Shown: positions 9,070-20,491, counted from the stretch's first letter. The stretch is DNA of 64,000 nucleotides from Candidatus Dormiibacterota bacterium (GCA_963718525.1 OY970355.1:2080001-2144000); one strand, 5' to 3'. Program-made: numbers and translations. Notes: generated from the sequence alone by a model not told the origin.

Positions 9070-10179
9070 ATGACCATCAACACGACCATCCTCACCGAGC
9101 CGGCCTCGACCGAGTTTGCGGCTGCGCCGACGGCGCGGATGCTGCGCCTGCCGCGCTCTCCAAAGGTGATTGCGGGACTGGTGATCCTGGGAGTGTTCGC
9201 GGTGATCGCCATCATCGGCGCGTGGCTCGCTCCGTACTCGCCGAATCTCACGAACGAAAGCTGGGTACAGCACGTGCTGGTCGCGGGCACCGGTCCGGGC
9301 ACGCACATCAAGGCTGACTACTACCCACTCCCGCTGCCGCCCTCAGGCGCCCACTGGCTGGGCACCACCGTCTTCGCACAGGACGTCTGGTCACAGCTCC
9401 TGGTTTCAACACAGGCCACGGTCGCGGTCGGATTGCTCGCTGCGGCGATCTCGACGGTGCTCTCGATCATCGTCGGTGTCACCGCCGGGTACCTCGGCGG
9501 CGGCGCCGACGAGGGCCTGTCGCTGATTGGCAACGTCTTTCTTGCCATCCCCGGCCTTCCCCTGCTCATCGTGCTCGCGGACTACGTACCTGCCGCAGGG
9601 ACGAGCATCTTCCTGGTCAGCCTCATCATCGCGATCACCGCCTGGGCGTACAGCTCTCGGGTGCTGCGGGCGCAGACCCTCTCGTTGCGCAATCGGGATT
9701 TCGTTGAGGCGGCACGCGTTTCGGGCGAGGGGAGAGTCCGCATCATCCTCGTGGAGATCCTGCCCAACCTCATCCCGATCGTCGCCGCATCGTTTCTTTT
9801 CACGACGCTCTACGCGATCGGCGCTTACGTCGCGATCTCGTTCCTTGGACTCGCCGGGTCACCAACGTCGTCGCCACCAGGTCTCTGGAACTGGGGATAC
9901 ATGCTCCGAGAAACCTTCGCGAACGACGCTGTGCGCGGCGGCTGGTGGTGGTGGTGGGCCCCTCCCGGCGTTTGTATCGCCCTGCTCGGCACCGGCCTGG
10001 CGCTCCTCAACTTCGGTATCGACGAATTCATCAATCCCCGGCTTCGCGTCGCCTGGCTATCACGGAAAGCTGCCGGCAAGCTCGGCATCAGTCGCCGCCC
10101 GAAGCTCGGTCTCACCCATGTGGTACGCCGGAACGTGATCAACGTCGACGTCACGGACGCCGAGCCGGTGACGCCATGA
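9070..10179 (+). CDS. ABC transporter permease, OppC/DppC family
   Basis: HWLGT...QDV.SQL, DFVEAARVSG, ISFLGL, WWW.PPG, DEFINPRLR. Confidence 0.93.
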   Translation: MTINTTILTEPASTEFAAAPTARMLRLPRSPKVIAGLVILGVFAVIAIIGAWLAPYSPNLTNESWVQHVLVAGTGPGTHIKADYYPLPLPPSGAHWLGTTVFAQDVWSQLLVSTQATVAVGLLAAAISTVLSIIVGVTAGYLGGGADEGLSLIGNVFLAIPGLPLLIVLADYVPAAGTSIFLVSLIIAITAWAYSSRVLRAQTLSLRNRDFVEAARVSGEGRVRIILVEILPNLIPIVAASFLFTTLYAIGAYVAISFLGLAGSPTSSPPGLWNWGYMLRETFANDAVRGGWWWWWAPPGVCIALLGTGLALLNFGIDEFINPRLRVAWLSRKAAGKLGISRRPKLGLTHVVRRNVINVDVTDAEPVTP

Positions 10180-11345
10180 GCGTTCCAGGCTCGAGCGCCG
10201 TGACCAGTCCGGGAACTGCTGCCGCAACCGGACACGCACTTGATCGGGACGGGGATCCGGTGCTCGAGATCAGAGGGCTCTCCGTCGACTACGGATTCGG
10301 CGACGACGCGGTGCACGCGGTGGCCGATTGCGATCTGACGCTCGGCCGTGGCCGGGTCGTCGGTCTTGCCGGGGAGAGCGGTAGCGGCAAGTCGACGCTG
10401 GCGATGGCGGCGATCCGTCTGCTCCGCTCGCCCGGGGTCATCACAAGCGGCGAAGTCCTCTTCCATTCCCAGCGCGCGTCGGCGGGCGAGCCGGCGCCGA
10501 CCCTGGATCTCCTGACCGCAGGCGAGAAGGAGCTCCGAGCGGTCCGATGGTCCGAGATCGCAATCGTTCTGCAGAGTGCTCTGAACGCGCTCAATCCGGT
10601 GAGCACGATCGGCGTGCAGTTTGATGAATTGCTCGCCGCACACCGTCCTGAGCTCGGCCGGGCCTCCAGACGAGATCGGGCCGGGGATCTGCTCGAGCTG
10701 GTCGGCATGACCGCGGACCAACTCCGCAGCTATCCCCACGAGATGTCAGGCGGGATGCGCCAGCGGGCGATGATCGCCATGGCGCTCGCGCTGGATCCCC
10801 AGGTCATGATCCTCGACGAGCCAACGACCGCTCTTGACGTGGTGACCCAGCGCGAGATCCTCGAGGAGTTGATGGGGTTGCGCGACCGGCTGGGGTTCGC
10901 CGCTCTCTTCATCACGCACGACCTCTCGCTGCTGGTCGAGTTTGCGGACGACATCGCGGTGATGTACGCCGGTCGGCTGATGGAACGGGCGCCAGCGGCG
11001 TCGCTGTTTCGCGCGCCGCGTCTGCCGTATACGTACGGCCTGCTGCACTGCTTCCCGCCGATGCACGGCGAGCGCCATCGAATGGAGGGTATTCCTGGAA
11101 CTCCACCGGACCTGAGGGATCTCCCGCGAGGGTGTGCGTTCCATCCACGCTGCCAGTGGGCGATGCCCCAATGCCGCCAGGATGTGCCAAAACTCGAGCC
11201 GCTGGCGGGATCGCCTCGGGAGGTTGCGTGCTGGCTCCACCGGGGCAAGGCGACGGCGCCACCCGAGTTGATGCTTCAGGATCCCGCCGTCTCTCGCTCC
11301 TGCACCACAACGGTCATCGATACGAGCGGGGAGCGTGCCGTATGA
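10176..11345 (+). CDS. ABC transporter ATP-binding protein, OppD family
   Basis: GESGSGKS, YPHEMSGGMRQR, ILDEPTTALD, C-terminal GCAFHPRC. Confidence 0.93.
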   Translation: MSVPGSSAVTSPGTAAATGHALDRDGDPVLEIRGLSVDYGFGDDAVHAVADCDLTLGRGRVVGLAGESGSGKSTLAMAAIRLLRSPGVITSGEVLFHSQRASAGEPAPTLDLLTAGEKELRAVRWSEIAIVLQSALNALNPVSTIGVQFDELLAAHRPELGRASRRDRAGDLLELVGMTADQLRSYPHEMSGGMRQRAMIAMALALDPQVMILDEPTTALDVVTQREILEELMGLRDRLGFAALFITHDLSLLVEFADDIAVMYAGRLMERAPAASLFRAPRLPYTYGLLHCFPPMHGERHRMEGIPGTPPDLRDLPRGCAFHPRCQWAMPQCRQDVPKLEPLAGSPREVACWLHRGKATAPPELMLQDPAVSRSCTTTVIDTSGERAV

Positions 11346-12428
11346 GCACACCTGCAGTCGTTCCCGACGTCGGAGCGGAGGCGCCCGTGCTCGAGGGCCG
11401 CGGGCTGACAAAGTCGTTCTGGGTCAAGCGGAATACCGGGCTCCTCGCGCGACGCTCCCGACTGCATGCCGTGGATGACGTCTCGGTGCAGCTCATGGCA
11501 GGGGCGGTCACCGCCGTAGTCGGCGAGAGCGGATCCGGGAAGACGACCGTTGCACGGTTGCTCGCCAGGATCGTGAAACCGGACACGGGGGACGTCCTGC
11601 TCGACGGTCACCCTGTCGCCGCCGCACGCACTCGGAAGTTCGCGTCTCAGGTGCAGATGGTGTTCCAGGACCCATTCGCGTCGCTCAATCCGGTACATCG
11701 CGTTCGGCATCACCTGGCCCGTCCGCTGCAGATCCACCACACCGCCGACGGTGAGGTCGAAGCGGCGATATTCCAGTTGCTGCACCGGGTGGCGCTCGAC
11801 CCACCCGCGAAGTATGCCGACAAGTTTCCGCACGAGCTCTCCGGCGGTCAGCGGCAGCGTGTCGCGATCGCCCGAGCGCTGGCGGCGCGTCCCCGAGTTC
11901 CTGCTGGCCGACGAGCCGGTGTCGATGCTCGATGTGTCGATCCGTCTCGGCGTGCTGAACCTGCTCGCCGATCTTCGCGAGCGTGAGCGTCTCGCGATCC
12001 TCTACGTCACGCACGACATTGCCTCTGCGCGTTACCTGGCCGACACCATCGTGGTCATGTACGCGGGTCAACTCGTGGAGGCCGCAACTAGCGTCAGGCT
12101 CACCAACTCGCCGGCGCATCCGTACACGCAACTCTTGCTGTCCGCAGCTCCCGATCCCGAGCGGCTCGAGCGACCGGCGCTCGCCGCTCGAGGAGCACCG
12201 CCGAGCCTGCTCGCACCGCCGCCCGGATGCCGTTTTCACCCCCGCTGTCCGCACGTCATGGAGATCTGCAAACGCATGGCACCACCAACTGTCACCGTCG
12301 CGCCCGGCCACGCAGCAGCCTGCTGGCTGCATGTTGATTCCGCAAACGGCGTCGACGACGGCGTCAGCTTGACGCCGGCAACGTCGCCCAGCCCTCAGCG
12401 CGAAGCTGAGGTTCAACGCCCTCCCTAA
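11342..12428 (+). CDS. ABC transporter ATP-binding protein, OppF family, +1 frameshift at CCCC 11891-11894
   Basis: GESGSGKT and [12 protein letters not shown] in one frame; [11 protein letters not shown] and GCRFHPRC in the next. Confidence 0.9.
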
Positions 12429-12518
12429 CTCGCTCATCCAGTTCAGCGAAGGCGCATCCGCACTGCCAATCAGCGCGGTGCTTCACGGAAATCACGAAAA
12501 GAATGGAGGAATCACAAC

Positions 12519-14313
12519 ATGAGCCGGAGAGCATTCGTCGGAGTTCTCGGCGTCACGGCGCTCGTCGTCGCGGCGTGCTCGAGTTCCGGGCCAGCGTCGT
12601 CGCACACGAGTTCAGGGCAAGCCGCTCATCTATGAACCGACGACCGGGGTCACGTTCTCGGACGACTTCAACCCGTACGATCCCAACTCGGTCGCGTCCA
12701 GCGTCGGGATGAAGAGCATCCTGTATGAGCCGCTCGTGGAATTCGATCAGCTCGATCCGACCTCCGCCGGAACGCACTACTGGTTGGCGACGGCGTACGC
12801 CTTCCAGAACGGCGGCAAGGACCTGCAGATCACCATACGCACGGGCGTGAAGTTCAGTGACGGCTCGAGCTTCGGTCCGAACGACGTCGCCGCCACCTTC
12901 ACCGCGATGAACAACCCGAAGGCTGACATCCCCGGAGTTGCGCCGCAGGCGTCCGCGCCCACGATCTCCGGAAACAACGTGACCCTGCACTTCAGCACGC
13001 CCCAGTACACCGGTCTCTGGGCAATCCTGGGAACGACCTACATCATGCAGGCATCGGTGGCGAACCAGATCGCGCAAAACCCGACGATGCAGATCACGCA
13101 TCCCGTCGGGACCGGACCCTTCGAGCTGGAAAGCTATACGACCTCGCTCATCAAGTTCAAGCCCAATCCTCACTACTGGGGCGGCACGCCGCCGGAATCG
13201 GAGGTCGAGGTCCCTTCCATCGCGACCAACGCGGCAGCGAGCGATGCGCTCGTGAGCGCGCAGCTCGACTGGGCGGGCAATGACATCCCGAATATCTATG
13301 CAAGCTTCGTGAACCTCGATCCGCAGACCAACCACGCCTGGTTCGCTTCCGGGAGCACCGTCGCGCTGCGGTTCAACCTCAACCCGGGCAACGGCGGAGC
13401 CACCGGGATCAACGAGGCCGCTGTGCGCAAGGCGGTGAGCTACGGCATCGATCGCAACGCCCTCGCATTGCTCGGCGAGTTGGGTTACGAGGAGCCGGCG
13501 ACGTCGTCAGGCGGACTGATCCTGCCCGCCCAGAAGGCGTTCCTCCCCGCGGACGGCAGTCTCGCCAATGATCTGTCGACAACGGGAAATGTTCCTGATG
13601 CTGCCACGGCCAAGACAGACAAACTGCCGTCGGGCGATGACGTGTACGACATCCTTACTTCCGGAGGGTGGAGGGCGCCCGCGAGTTCCAGCTACAACAG
13701 CGGCAGCGGCACCTACAAGTCCGGCGGCAACTGCGACGGCAGCAACCCGGCAAACTGCTGGACCAAGGGCGGCGAGATCATCAAGTTCTCCGTATACGAC
13801 CCGGTTCCATTCTCCGATTACTGGGAGGATGCGTCTCTCATCTCGCAGGAGCTCCAGGCCCTCGGGATGGACGTGACCACCAAGCCGGCGCAGGGGTACT
13901 CGGACTGGAACGCCAATATCACCGGCACCCCGACCGCGTGGCAGACCGCGATCCACTGGGGCCAAGGTGGGCAGATCCCATACACCCAGTACGAGGACTG
14001 GCTCGACGGCTCGAGCTCCACCACCGCGGCGCATGACGAGGGATATTCGAACGCGGCCGCGGAGTCGGCCCTGCAGACGTATGCGGGCACCGATCCCTCC
14101 GACACCGCGACGCTCTACCCAGCCGTCCAGCAGCTCGAGAAGATCATGTCGACAGACGTTCCTGAGGCCCCGCTACTGTACGGAGCGGATTGGAACGTCT
14201 ACAGCAGTGCCAAGTACGTCGGATGGCCCGATCAGTCGCAGCCATATATGGATCCGTCGCCGAGCGACCCGCAAATGCCCTACATCCTGATGCAGCTCAA
14301 GCCCGCTTCCTGA
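12519..14313 (+). CDS. ABC substrate-binding lipoprotein, family 5 (probably oligosaccharide-binding), +1 frameshift at ~12615-12617
   Basis: GGAGG RBS; MSRRAFVGVLGVTALVVAAC lipobox; next frame DFNPY..LYEPL..GVKFSDG..VGTGPF..NPHYWG. Confidence 0.88.
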
Positions 14314-14353
14314 GCTCGCATACGCGAAACGAGTCGTCATCAGATTGATGGCC

Positions 14354-14387
14354 GGGTGTCGGCCGGCACGCGTGCCGGCCGGCATCC
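14354..14387 (+). terminator. Strong GC stem-loop between SBP and GH3 genes (stabiliser or partial terminator)
   Basis: 22-bp perfect palindrome CGGCCGGCACGCGTGCCGGCCG (14360-14381), extendable with G-U pairs; no U-tract. Confidence 0.55.
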
Positions 14388-14418
14388 AGGCCCGCCTCCA
14401 ACAAAGGAAGCCCAACCA

Positions 14419-16947
14419 ATGAACGCCACCGCATCCGCCACAAGGGATGACGAGTCCAGCCTGGTGGCACAGCTCACCCTCGAGCAGAAGGTGCGTCTGC
14501 TGACCGGCGAAGACGCCTGGTCGCTCTACGCGATCAGCATCGTGGGACTGCGCTCGATGGTTGTCTCCGACGGCCCCTCGGGCGTTCGTGGACGGCGTTT
14601 TGAGCCGGGCAATCCCTCGTCCTCGCTGCCGTGCCCGGTGGCACTCGGCGCCACGTGGGATGAAGGCCTCGTCGCCGAGGTGGCGCTGGCGCTCGGGGAG
14701 GAAGCGCGCGCACGTGGCGTCGACGTGCTGCTCGCTCCGACCGTCAACATCGTCCGGACGCCGCTCAGCGGGCGCGGGTTCGAATGCTTCTCCGAGGATC
14801 CCCTGCTCACGTCGCGCATCGCCGTGGCATACGTGCGGGGCGTCCAGGAGGCAGGAGTGGGCGCAACCGCCAAGCACTACGTTGCCAACGATTCGGAGAC
14901 CGACCGCCGAACCTACGACGCGCAGATCACCGAGCAGGTGCTTCGAGAACTCTACCTGGCGCCTTTTGAAGCCTGCGTGTTCGAGGCCGACGTGGCGATG
15001 GTGATGGCCGCGTACAACTCGGTCAACGGGCACACCATGACAGCCAATCAGGCGCTGCTTCGTGATCTGCTCAAGGGCGAGTGGGGATTCCAGGGCGTGG
15101 TCGTATCCGACTGGTCGGCCACGAGGACCACGGGGCCGAGTGCACTGGCGGGACTGGATCTCGTCATGCCGGGACCACGCGGACCCTGGGGTGACCAGCT
15201 CGTCGCCGCCGTCCGGGACGGCGCTGTCCCCGAAGCGGTGATCGACGACAAGGTGTCGAGGCTGCTTCGGCTCGCTCGCCGTGTTGGCGCACTCGATGGA
15301 ATGTCCGACAGCAAGTCGCCCGGCGACGCCAACGGCCGCCACCGACCCGCGCCGGCGGCGCACTTCCTCATCGAGCCCGAACTGCTTCGGGAGGTGACAG
15401 CGCAATCATTTGTCCTGCTTCGCAATGAGGGGGGGTTGCTGCCCCTGAGCAGCGCTGATGTACGTCGCGTGGCGCTCATCGGACCGAATGTGATCGATCC
15501 GCAGACGCAAGGTGGCGGAAGCGTGCGCGTCCTCCCGGTCGTCCGCCCCGACATCGTCGAGTCGCTGCGCACGTTGGGCGAGTTCGATCCCGTGGAGGTT
15601 TTGCAGGGTTGCCTGACCTGGGCGACCATTCCGCCACCTCGCGACGGCAGCCTGCGTGACCCGGTCAGCGGCGAGGTCGGCGTTCGCGTCGAGGTACGCA
15701 ACTCCACGGGGACGTTGCAGCATGAAGCACTTTCCTCGAACAGTGTCCTCACGTGGTGGGACGGACTGCCCCAGACCGTGCATCAGGCAGGTGCAGAGCT
15801 GGTCATGCGCGCGCGATATCGGGCCGCGGTTGGCGGTCCCCACGTGGTCGGCGTCGCCGGCGTCGGGCTCCTGAGTGTGGCCATCGACGGCACGGTGCTT
15901 GCGGAGGCGACGACGTTGCATCCCACCGAGGTGGTTGAGGCCTTCTCCCGTCCACCCGAACTTCGTGTCCCGATCGACCTCGCAGCCGGCGCCGAAGTGG
16001 ACATCCGAGCCGCCTACCGGCCAAACGTTCGCGGCCCGCAGGCTGGCTTTGTCACGATGCGTCTTGGTGTGACGCCGCGTCTCGATGAGGAGCGCCTGCT
16101 CGACGAGGCGGTGGCTGCCGCAGCAAGGGCGGACGTGGCTGTGGTCGTCGTCGGGTCGGCCGAGGGCACGGAGAGTGAGGGCTACGACCGCGACACCCTG
16201 CTCCTGCCGGGGCGCCAGGACGAACTGGTGCAGCGCGTTGCCGCGGCGCAACCGAACACGGTGGTGATCGTCAACTCAGGGATGCCCGTGCTCATGCCAT
16301 GGGCCGAGGACGTTGCAACCATCATGCAGGTGTGGCTCCCCGGGCAGGCTTTCGGTGAGGCGCTCGCAGATTGCGTTCTCGGGGTCGTCGAGCCCGGAGG
16401 CAGGCTCCCGATCTCGATACCTCGGGCGGCTGCCGATTCGCCGGTGCTCGAGGCGACGCCGAAGGGAGGGGAGCTCGCATACGCCGAAGGCCTCCTGGTG
16501 GGCTACCGGGGCTACGACCGGAGTGAGCGCGAGCCCCTGTTCTGCTTCGGCCACGGACTTGGTTTTACCGAGTGGACCTACGAGTCCGTGGTCACGGAAG
16601 TCGAGACCCTGAGGCAAAAGACGGATCTTCCGCTGGTGGTGTCAGTGCGCAACACCGGCACCCGAGCCGGCCGCGAGGTACTCCAGGTGTATCTCGAGCC
16701 GCCCGATACCGATCCGAGCCGGCCAATTCGCACCTTGGCGGCGTTTTCCGCAGTCGAAGCCGGAGCGGGAGAGCGGGTCGAGGCACAACTCAGCATTCCG
16801 GCGCGCGCGTTCGCCCGTTTCGACCCCGAACTGCGCGACTGGATCTGGGATCCCGGGGCATACACGGTGCATGTCGGCCGCTCGTCCCGTGATCTCAGGC
16901 TCAGTGTGCCCATCGAGTTACGAGTTGGCGTCCTGTCTGCGGAGTAG
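14419..16947 (+). CDS. Glycoside hydrolase family 3 beta-glucosidase with PA14-like insert
   Basis: SDGPSGVRG, GRGFECFSEDP, KHYVAND, VVSDW nucleophile, ESEGYDR, EGLLVGYR, FGHGL. Confidence 0.93.
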   Translation: MNATASATRDDESSLVAQLTLEQKVRLLTGEDAWSLYAISIVGLRSMVVSDGPSGVRGRRFEPGNPSSSLPCPVALGATWDEGLVAEVALALGEEARARGVDVLLAPTVNIVRTPLSGRGFECFSEDPLLTSRIAVAYVRGVQEAGVGATAKHYVANDSETDRRTYDAQITEQVLRELYLAPFEACVFEADVAMVMAAYNSVNGHTMTANQALLRDLLKGEWGFQGVVVSDWSATRTTGPSALAGLDLVMPGPRGPWGDQLVAAVRDGAVPEAVIDDKVSRLLRLARRVGALDGMSDSKSPGDANGRHRPAPAAHFLIEPELLREVTAQSFVLLRNEGGLLPLSSADVRRVALIGPNVIDPQTQGGGSVRVLPVVRPDIVESLRTLGEFDPVEVLQGCLTWATIPPPRDGSLRDPVSGEVGVRVEVRNSTGTLQHEALSSNSVLTWWDGLPQTVHQAGAELVMRARYRAAVGGPHVVGVAGVGLLSVAIDGTVLAEATTLHPTEVVEAFSRPPELRVPIDLAAGAEVDIRAAYRPNVRGPQAGFVTMRLGVTPRLDEERLLDEAVAAAARADVAVVVVGSAEGTESEGYDRDTLLLPGRQDELVQRVAAAQPNTVVIVNSGMPVLMPWAEDVATIMQVWLPGQAFGEALADCVLGVVEPGGRLPISIPRAAADSPVLEATPKGGELAYAEGLLVGYRGYDRSEREPLFCFGHGLGFTEWTYESVVTEVETLRQKTDLPLVVSVRNTGTRAGREVLQVYLEPPDTDPSRPIRTLAAFSAVEAGAGERVEAQLSIPARAFARFDPELRDWIWDPGAYTVHVGRSSRDLRLSVPIELRVGVLSAE

Positions 16948-16976
16948 CTGATGGCCGGTCTGGCACACTGGTTGCC

Positions 16977-18263
16977 ATGGCTGAGAGTTTGACGATCACC
17001 GACAACCGGACCGGGAAAACCTACGACGTGGCGATCGAGAACGGCGCGGTGCGCGCCACGGACTTCGAGCGGATCTCGATCTCGCCGGACGACCACGGGC
17101 TGCTCGTGTACGACCCCGCGTTCATGAATACGGCGTCGTGCAGGAGCGCCATCACGTACATCGACGGTGACCGGGGAATCCTGCTGCATCGGGGTTATCC
17201 GATCGAGCAACTTGCGGAGCACAGCACCTACCTGGAGACCGCGTACCTGCTCGTTCACGGGGAGCTGCCGACCGTGCAACAGGCGAGCGAATGGCAGAAG
17301 GAGATCACCCACCACACACTCGTCCACGAGAACATCAAGAAGTTCATCGACGGGTTTCATCACGACGCCCACCCGATGGGCATTCTGATATCCACCGTCG
17401 GCGGGCTCTCGACGTTCTACCCGCAGGCCACCGACATCTACGACGAGGAACAGCGGCGCATCTCGATCTACCGGCTGATCGCCAAGATGCCGACTCTGGC
17501 GGCGCTCGCGTATCGCCACTCGCTCGGATTGCCGTACAACTACCCGGACAACGACCTGTCATTTGCCGGGAATTTCCTGAACATGATGTTCAAGATGGTC
17601 GAGCTGAAATACGAGCCGGTCCCCGAGATCGAGCACGCACTCGACGTGCTGTTCATCCTCCACGCCGACCACGAACAGAACTGCTCGACCAACGCGATGC
17701 GCGCCGTGGGCTCATCGCATCCCGACCCCTACTCGACAACGGCCGCCGCCATCGCGGCGCTGTATGGTCCGCTTCACGGTGGTGCCAACGAGGCGGTCAT
17801 CCGCATGATAGAGCGCGTCGGATCGGTCGACCGCGTGCCTGAGTTCATCGCCGGCGTGAAGGCGGGCAAAGAGCGGCTGATGGGGTTCGGTCACCGGATC
17901 TACAAGAACTACGATCCGCGTGCCAAGGTGATCAAGAGGATGGCGGACCAGGTCCTCGGCGTCACCGGGTCCTCGCCGATGCTCGACGTGGCGCGAGAGT
18001 TGGAGAAGATTGCGCTCGAGGATGAGTACTTCGTCTCTCGCAAGCTGTACCCGAACGTCGACTTCTACAGCGGGTTCATCTACCAGGCGCTCGGCATTCC
18101 CGTATCGATGTTCCCGGTCCTGTTTGCGATGAGCCGGACAGCAGGGTGGTTGTCGCAATGGGAGGAGTCGCTGCTCGACAAGGAGCAGAAGATCGCCCGC
18201 CCGCGGCAGATCTATGTCGGCGAACGGCGGCGCGACTATGTGTCCCTGGAGCAGCGAGCCTAG
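16977..18263 (+). CDS. gltA: Citrate synthase
   Basis: ITYIDGDRGILLHRGYPIEQLA, LHADHEQNCST, GPLHGGANE, GFGHRIYKNYDPR, YPNVDFYSG. Confidence 0.96.
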   Translation: MAESLTITDNRTGKTYDVAIENGAVRATDFERISISPDDHGLLVYDPAFMNTASCRSAITYIDGDRGILLHRGYPIEQLAEHSTYLETAYLLVHGELPTVQQASEWQKEITHHTLVHENIKKFIDGFHHDAHPMGILISTVGGLSTFYPQATDIYDEEQRRISIYRLIAKMPTLAALAYRHSLGLPYNYPDNDLSFAGNFLNMMFKMVELKYEPVPEIEHALDVLFILHADHEQNCSTNAMRAVGSSHPDPYSTTAAAIAALYGPLHGGANEAVIRMIERVGSVDRVPEFIAGVKAGKERLMGFGHRIYKNYDPRAKVIKRMADQVLGVTGSSPMLDVARELEKIALEDEYFVSRKLYPNVDFYSGFIYQALGIPVSMFPVLFAMSRTAGWLSQWEESLLDKEQKIARPRQIYVGERRRDYVSLEQRA

Positions 18264-18266
18264 GTC

Positions 18267-18785
18267 TCAGCGGTAGATCAGCACACCGGCCACCGCGCCG
18301 AGTGCCACCACGACAATGTTGGGAACCCGTCGGCTCAACACCATGACGAACGACACCGCGGCGATGACCGCCGTCCAGTCGTCGAATCCGCTGCCCTGCA
18401 ACACCTGCGCCAGGACGAGCGGTGAGACCCCGATGACCGCCAGCCCGATCCCCCGGACGAATCCCTCGACACCGGGCAATGAGCCGAAGCGCCGATACAG
18501 CGCGTCGATCGGCAGCACGAGCATCGGCGGAATCGTGGCGGCACACAGCGCAAGGATCGCCCCGAGCGGTCCCGCCACGATATACCCGAGGCTGACGACC
18601 CACAGCCCGTTGGGCCCAGGGGTCAACTGACCGACCACCAACGCTCCTGCGAACTGTGAGTCGGTCGCCCATCCCTGACCGATCAGGTCGGCATGCAAGC
18701 TCGGCAGTGAGGCGATACCGTTGTTCGAGATGACCTGAGCCTTGAGCACGAAAAGAAAGAGCAGCACGTAACTGACGCGGCTCAT
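18267..18785 (-). CDS. Short-chain chromate transporter (CHR family), second subunit
   Basis: GW.TDSQF...GQLTPGPNG...GY; ATGA overlap with upstream partner. Confidence 0.8.
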   Translation of the reverse strand: MSRVSYVLLFLFVLKAQVISNNGIASLPSLHADLIGQGWATDSQFAGALVVGQLTPGPNGLWVVSLGYIVAGPLGAILALCAATIPPMLVLPIDALYRRFGSLPGVEGFVRGIGLAVIGVSPLVLAQVLQGSGFDDWTAVIAAVSFVMVLSRRVPNIVVVALGAVAGVLIYR

Positions 18786-19408
18786 GCCAGCCGCGCCCGC
18801 AGCACCGAACACAACGCGAAGACCACCGCGGAGGGCAGGAGCAGTGCAAGCACCGGCGGATTCACCACCACAAAGACGATCGCGTCGGTGAAGATCAACA
18901 CGATGGCGAGTACCAGCATGCCGAGGCCTTTCTCCAGGCTCACCGCGAGCAGGGGCCGAGCATTGAAGATGACATTCGCTATGGCCAGTCCCAGCACCGC
19001 CGCCACGACCCCGTGCAATGCCGACTTGGTGAGGGGGTATTCGTCAAGCCGCAGGTACAGGATGGTGATGGCCACCGTGATCAGGCCGCTCGGGATCAGG
19101 AGTCCCAGCAGCGCCGCGGCGGCGCCTGCCGCACGTGAGAAGCGATAGCCGATCAGAGCTGAGAGGGCGATGAGACTCATGCCTGGGCCGATCTGGCAGA
19201 CGGCCCACGCTTCGGCGAATTCAAGAGAGGACATCCAACCGCCCTGCTCGACAACAGCGCGATACACGTTGAGCCGCGTGCCCTGGCCGCCACCGAAGCT
19301 CGCCGTGCCGATGCGCAGCCAGAGGAGGAGTTGCGTCCGCACGGGCGGTGGAGCCTTGACGACGTCACCTGCCGGGGTCACACGCCCGGTTGCATGCGTC
19401 GGGCTCAC
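18782..19408 (-). CDS. Short-chain chromate transporter (CHR family), first subunit
   Basis: IGTASFGGG..VEQGGW.S..EF.E..AVCQIGPG motif. Confidence 0.85.
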   Translation of the reverse strand: MSPTHATGRVTPAGDVVKAPPPVRTQLLLWLRIGTASFGGGQGTRLNVYRAVVEQGGWMSSLEFAEAWAVCQIGPGMSLIALSALIGYRFSRAAGAAAALLGLLIPSGLITVAITILYLRLDEYPLTKSALHGVVAAVLGLAIANVIFNARPLLAVSLEKGLGMLVLAIVLIFTDAIVFVVVNPPVLALLLPSAVVFALCSVLRARLA

Positions 19409-19546
19409 CTGCCGCCACCAGTCGCGCGCCGGGACCGACAGGGTGATGCGCGATCAACACGTTGCACAGTGGCGGGGTCGATATCATGGTGCCGTGCCGT
19501 ACTGCGGTCTCCGCCATGCCCGAACACGCGGCATCGCCTAACTGAC

Positions 19547-20491
19547 ATGAACGTCGCCGTCCTCGATGACTACCAGGGCGTCGCGCATTCCATCGTTGAT
19601 TGGAGCGTCCTTGGCGATGAGCTGCGCGTCGACTTCATCGCGGAGCATCTTGACGAAGAGGCGCTCATCGAGCGCATCTCCGGGTACGAGATCGTGGTGG
19701 CGATGCGCGAGCGGACCGCGTTTCCCGCCCGAGTCCTGCAGCGACTTCCCGACCTTCGTCTCCTCGTGACCACCGGGATGCGCAATGCCGCCATCGACCT
19801 TGACGCTGCCCGTGGAGCGGGGGTGGTCGTCTGCGGCACGGGGGGGTTGACGTGGTCGACGGCGGAATTGACCTGGGGACTGATCATCGCCGCCTTCCGC
19901 AACCTCATCGTGGAACACGAGTCGATGCGGGCGGGCGGGTGGCAGCGCACTGTGGGAAGCGACATGGCCGGCCATACGCTCGGGCTGGTGGGTCTGGGAC
20001 ATCTGGGAGCGCGACTTGCGCGATATGGTCGCGCGTTCGATATGCAGGTCGTCGCGTGGAGTCCCAACCTCACCGTGGAGCGAGCAGCCGAGCACGATGT
20101 CACCTACCTTCCGCGAGACGAATTCTTCGAGCAGGCGGATGTCGTTTCGATCCACCTGGTGCTCGGCACGCGGACTCGCGGTCTGATCACCGCCGCGGAT
20201 CTGCGCAGGATGAAGCCGACCAGCTACCTCGTCAACACGTCGCGTGGTCCGCTGGTCGAGGAGGACGGGCTGCTCCGGGCGCTCCGCGAGGGCTGGATCG
20301 CCGGAGCGGCGATCGACGTCTACGACATCGAGCCACTGCCACCAGGTCACGAACTCCGCCGCCTCGACAACGTCATCCTGACCCCCCACATCGGGTACGT
20401 GTCCCGCGACACCTACGGTCACTTCTTTGCCGGCGTTGTCGAGGACATCCAGGCGTTTCTCGCCGGCGCTCCGATCAGGGTGCTCACGTAG
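19547..20491 (+). CDS. D-2-hydroxyacid dehydrogenase family protein
   Basis: VAVLDDYQ, MRERT, TLGLVGLGHLG, VNTSRG, DVYDIEP, TPHIGY. Confidence 0.93.
   Translation: MNVAVLDDYQGVAHSIVDWSVLGDELRVDFIAEHLDEEALIERISGYEIVVAMRERTAFPARVLQRLPDLRLLVTTGMRNAAIDLDAARGAGVVVCGTGGLTWSTAELTWGLIIAAFRNLIVEHESMRAGGWQRTVGSDMAGHTLGLVGLGHLGARLARYGRAFDMQVVAWSPNLTVERAAEHDVTYLPRDEFFEQADVVSIHLVLGTRTRGLITAADLRRMKPTSYLVNTSRGPLVEEDGLLRALREGWIAGAAIDVYDIEPLPPGHELRRLDNVILTPHIGYVSRDTYGHFFAGVVEDIQAFLAGAPIRVLT

Noticed and set aside
9940-9970. (TGG)5 / WWWWW run as a microsatellite or attenuator
   Set aside because: It corresponds to the usual WW..PPG motif of OppC permeases.
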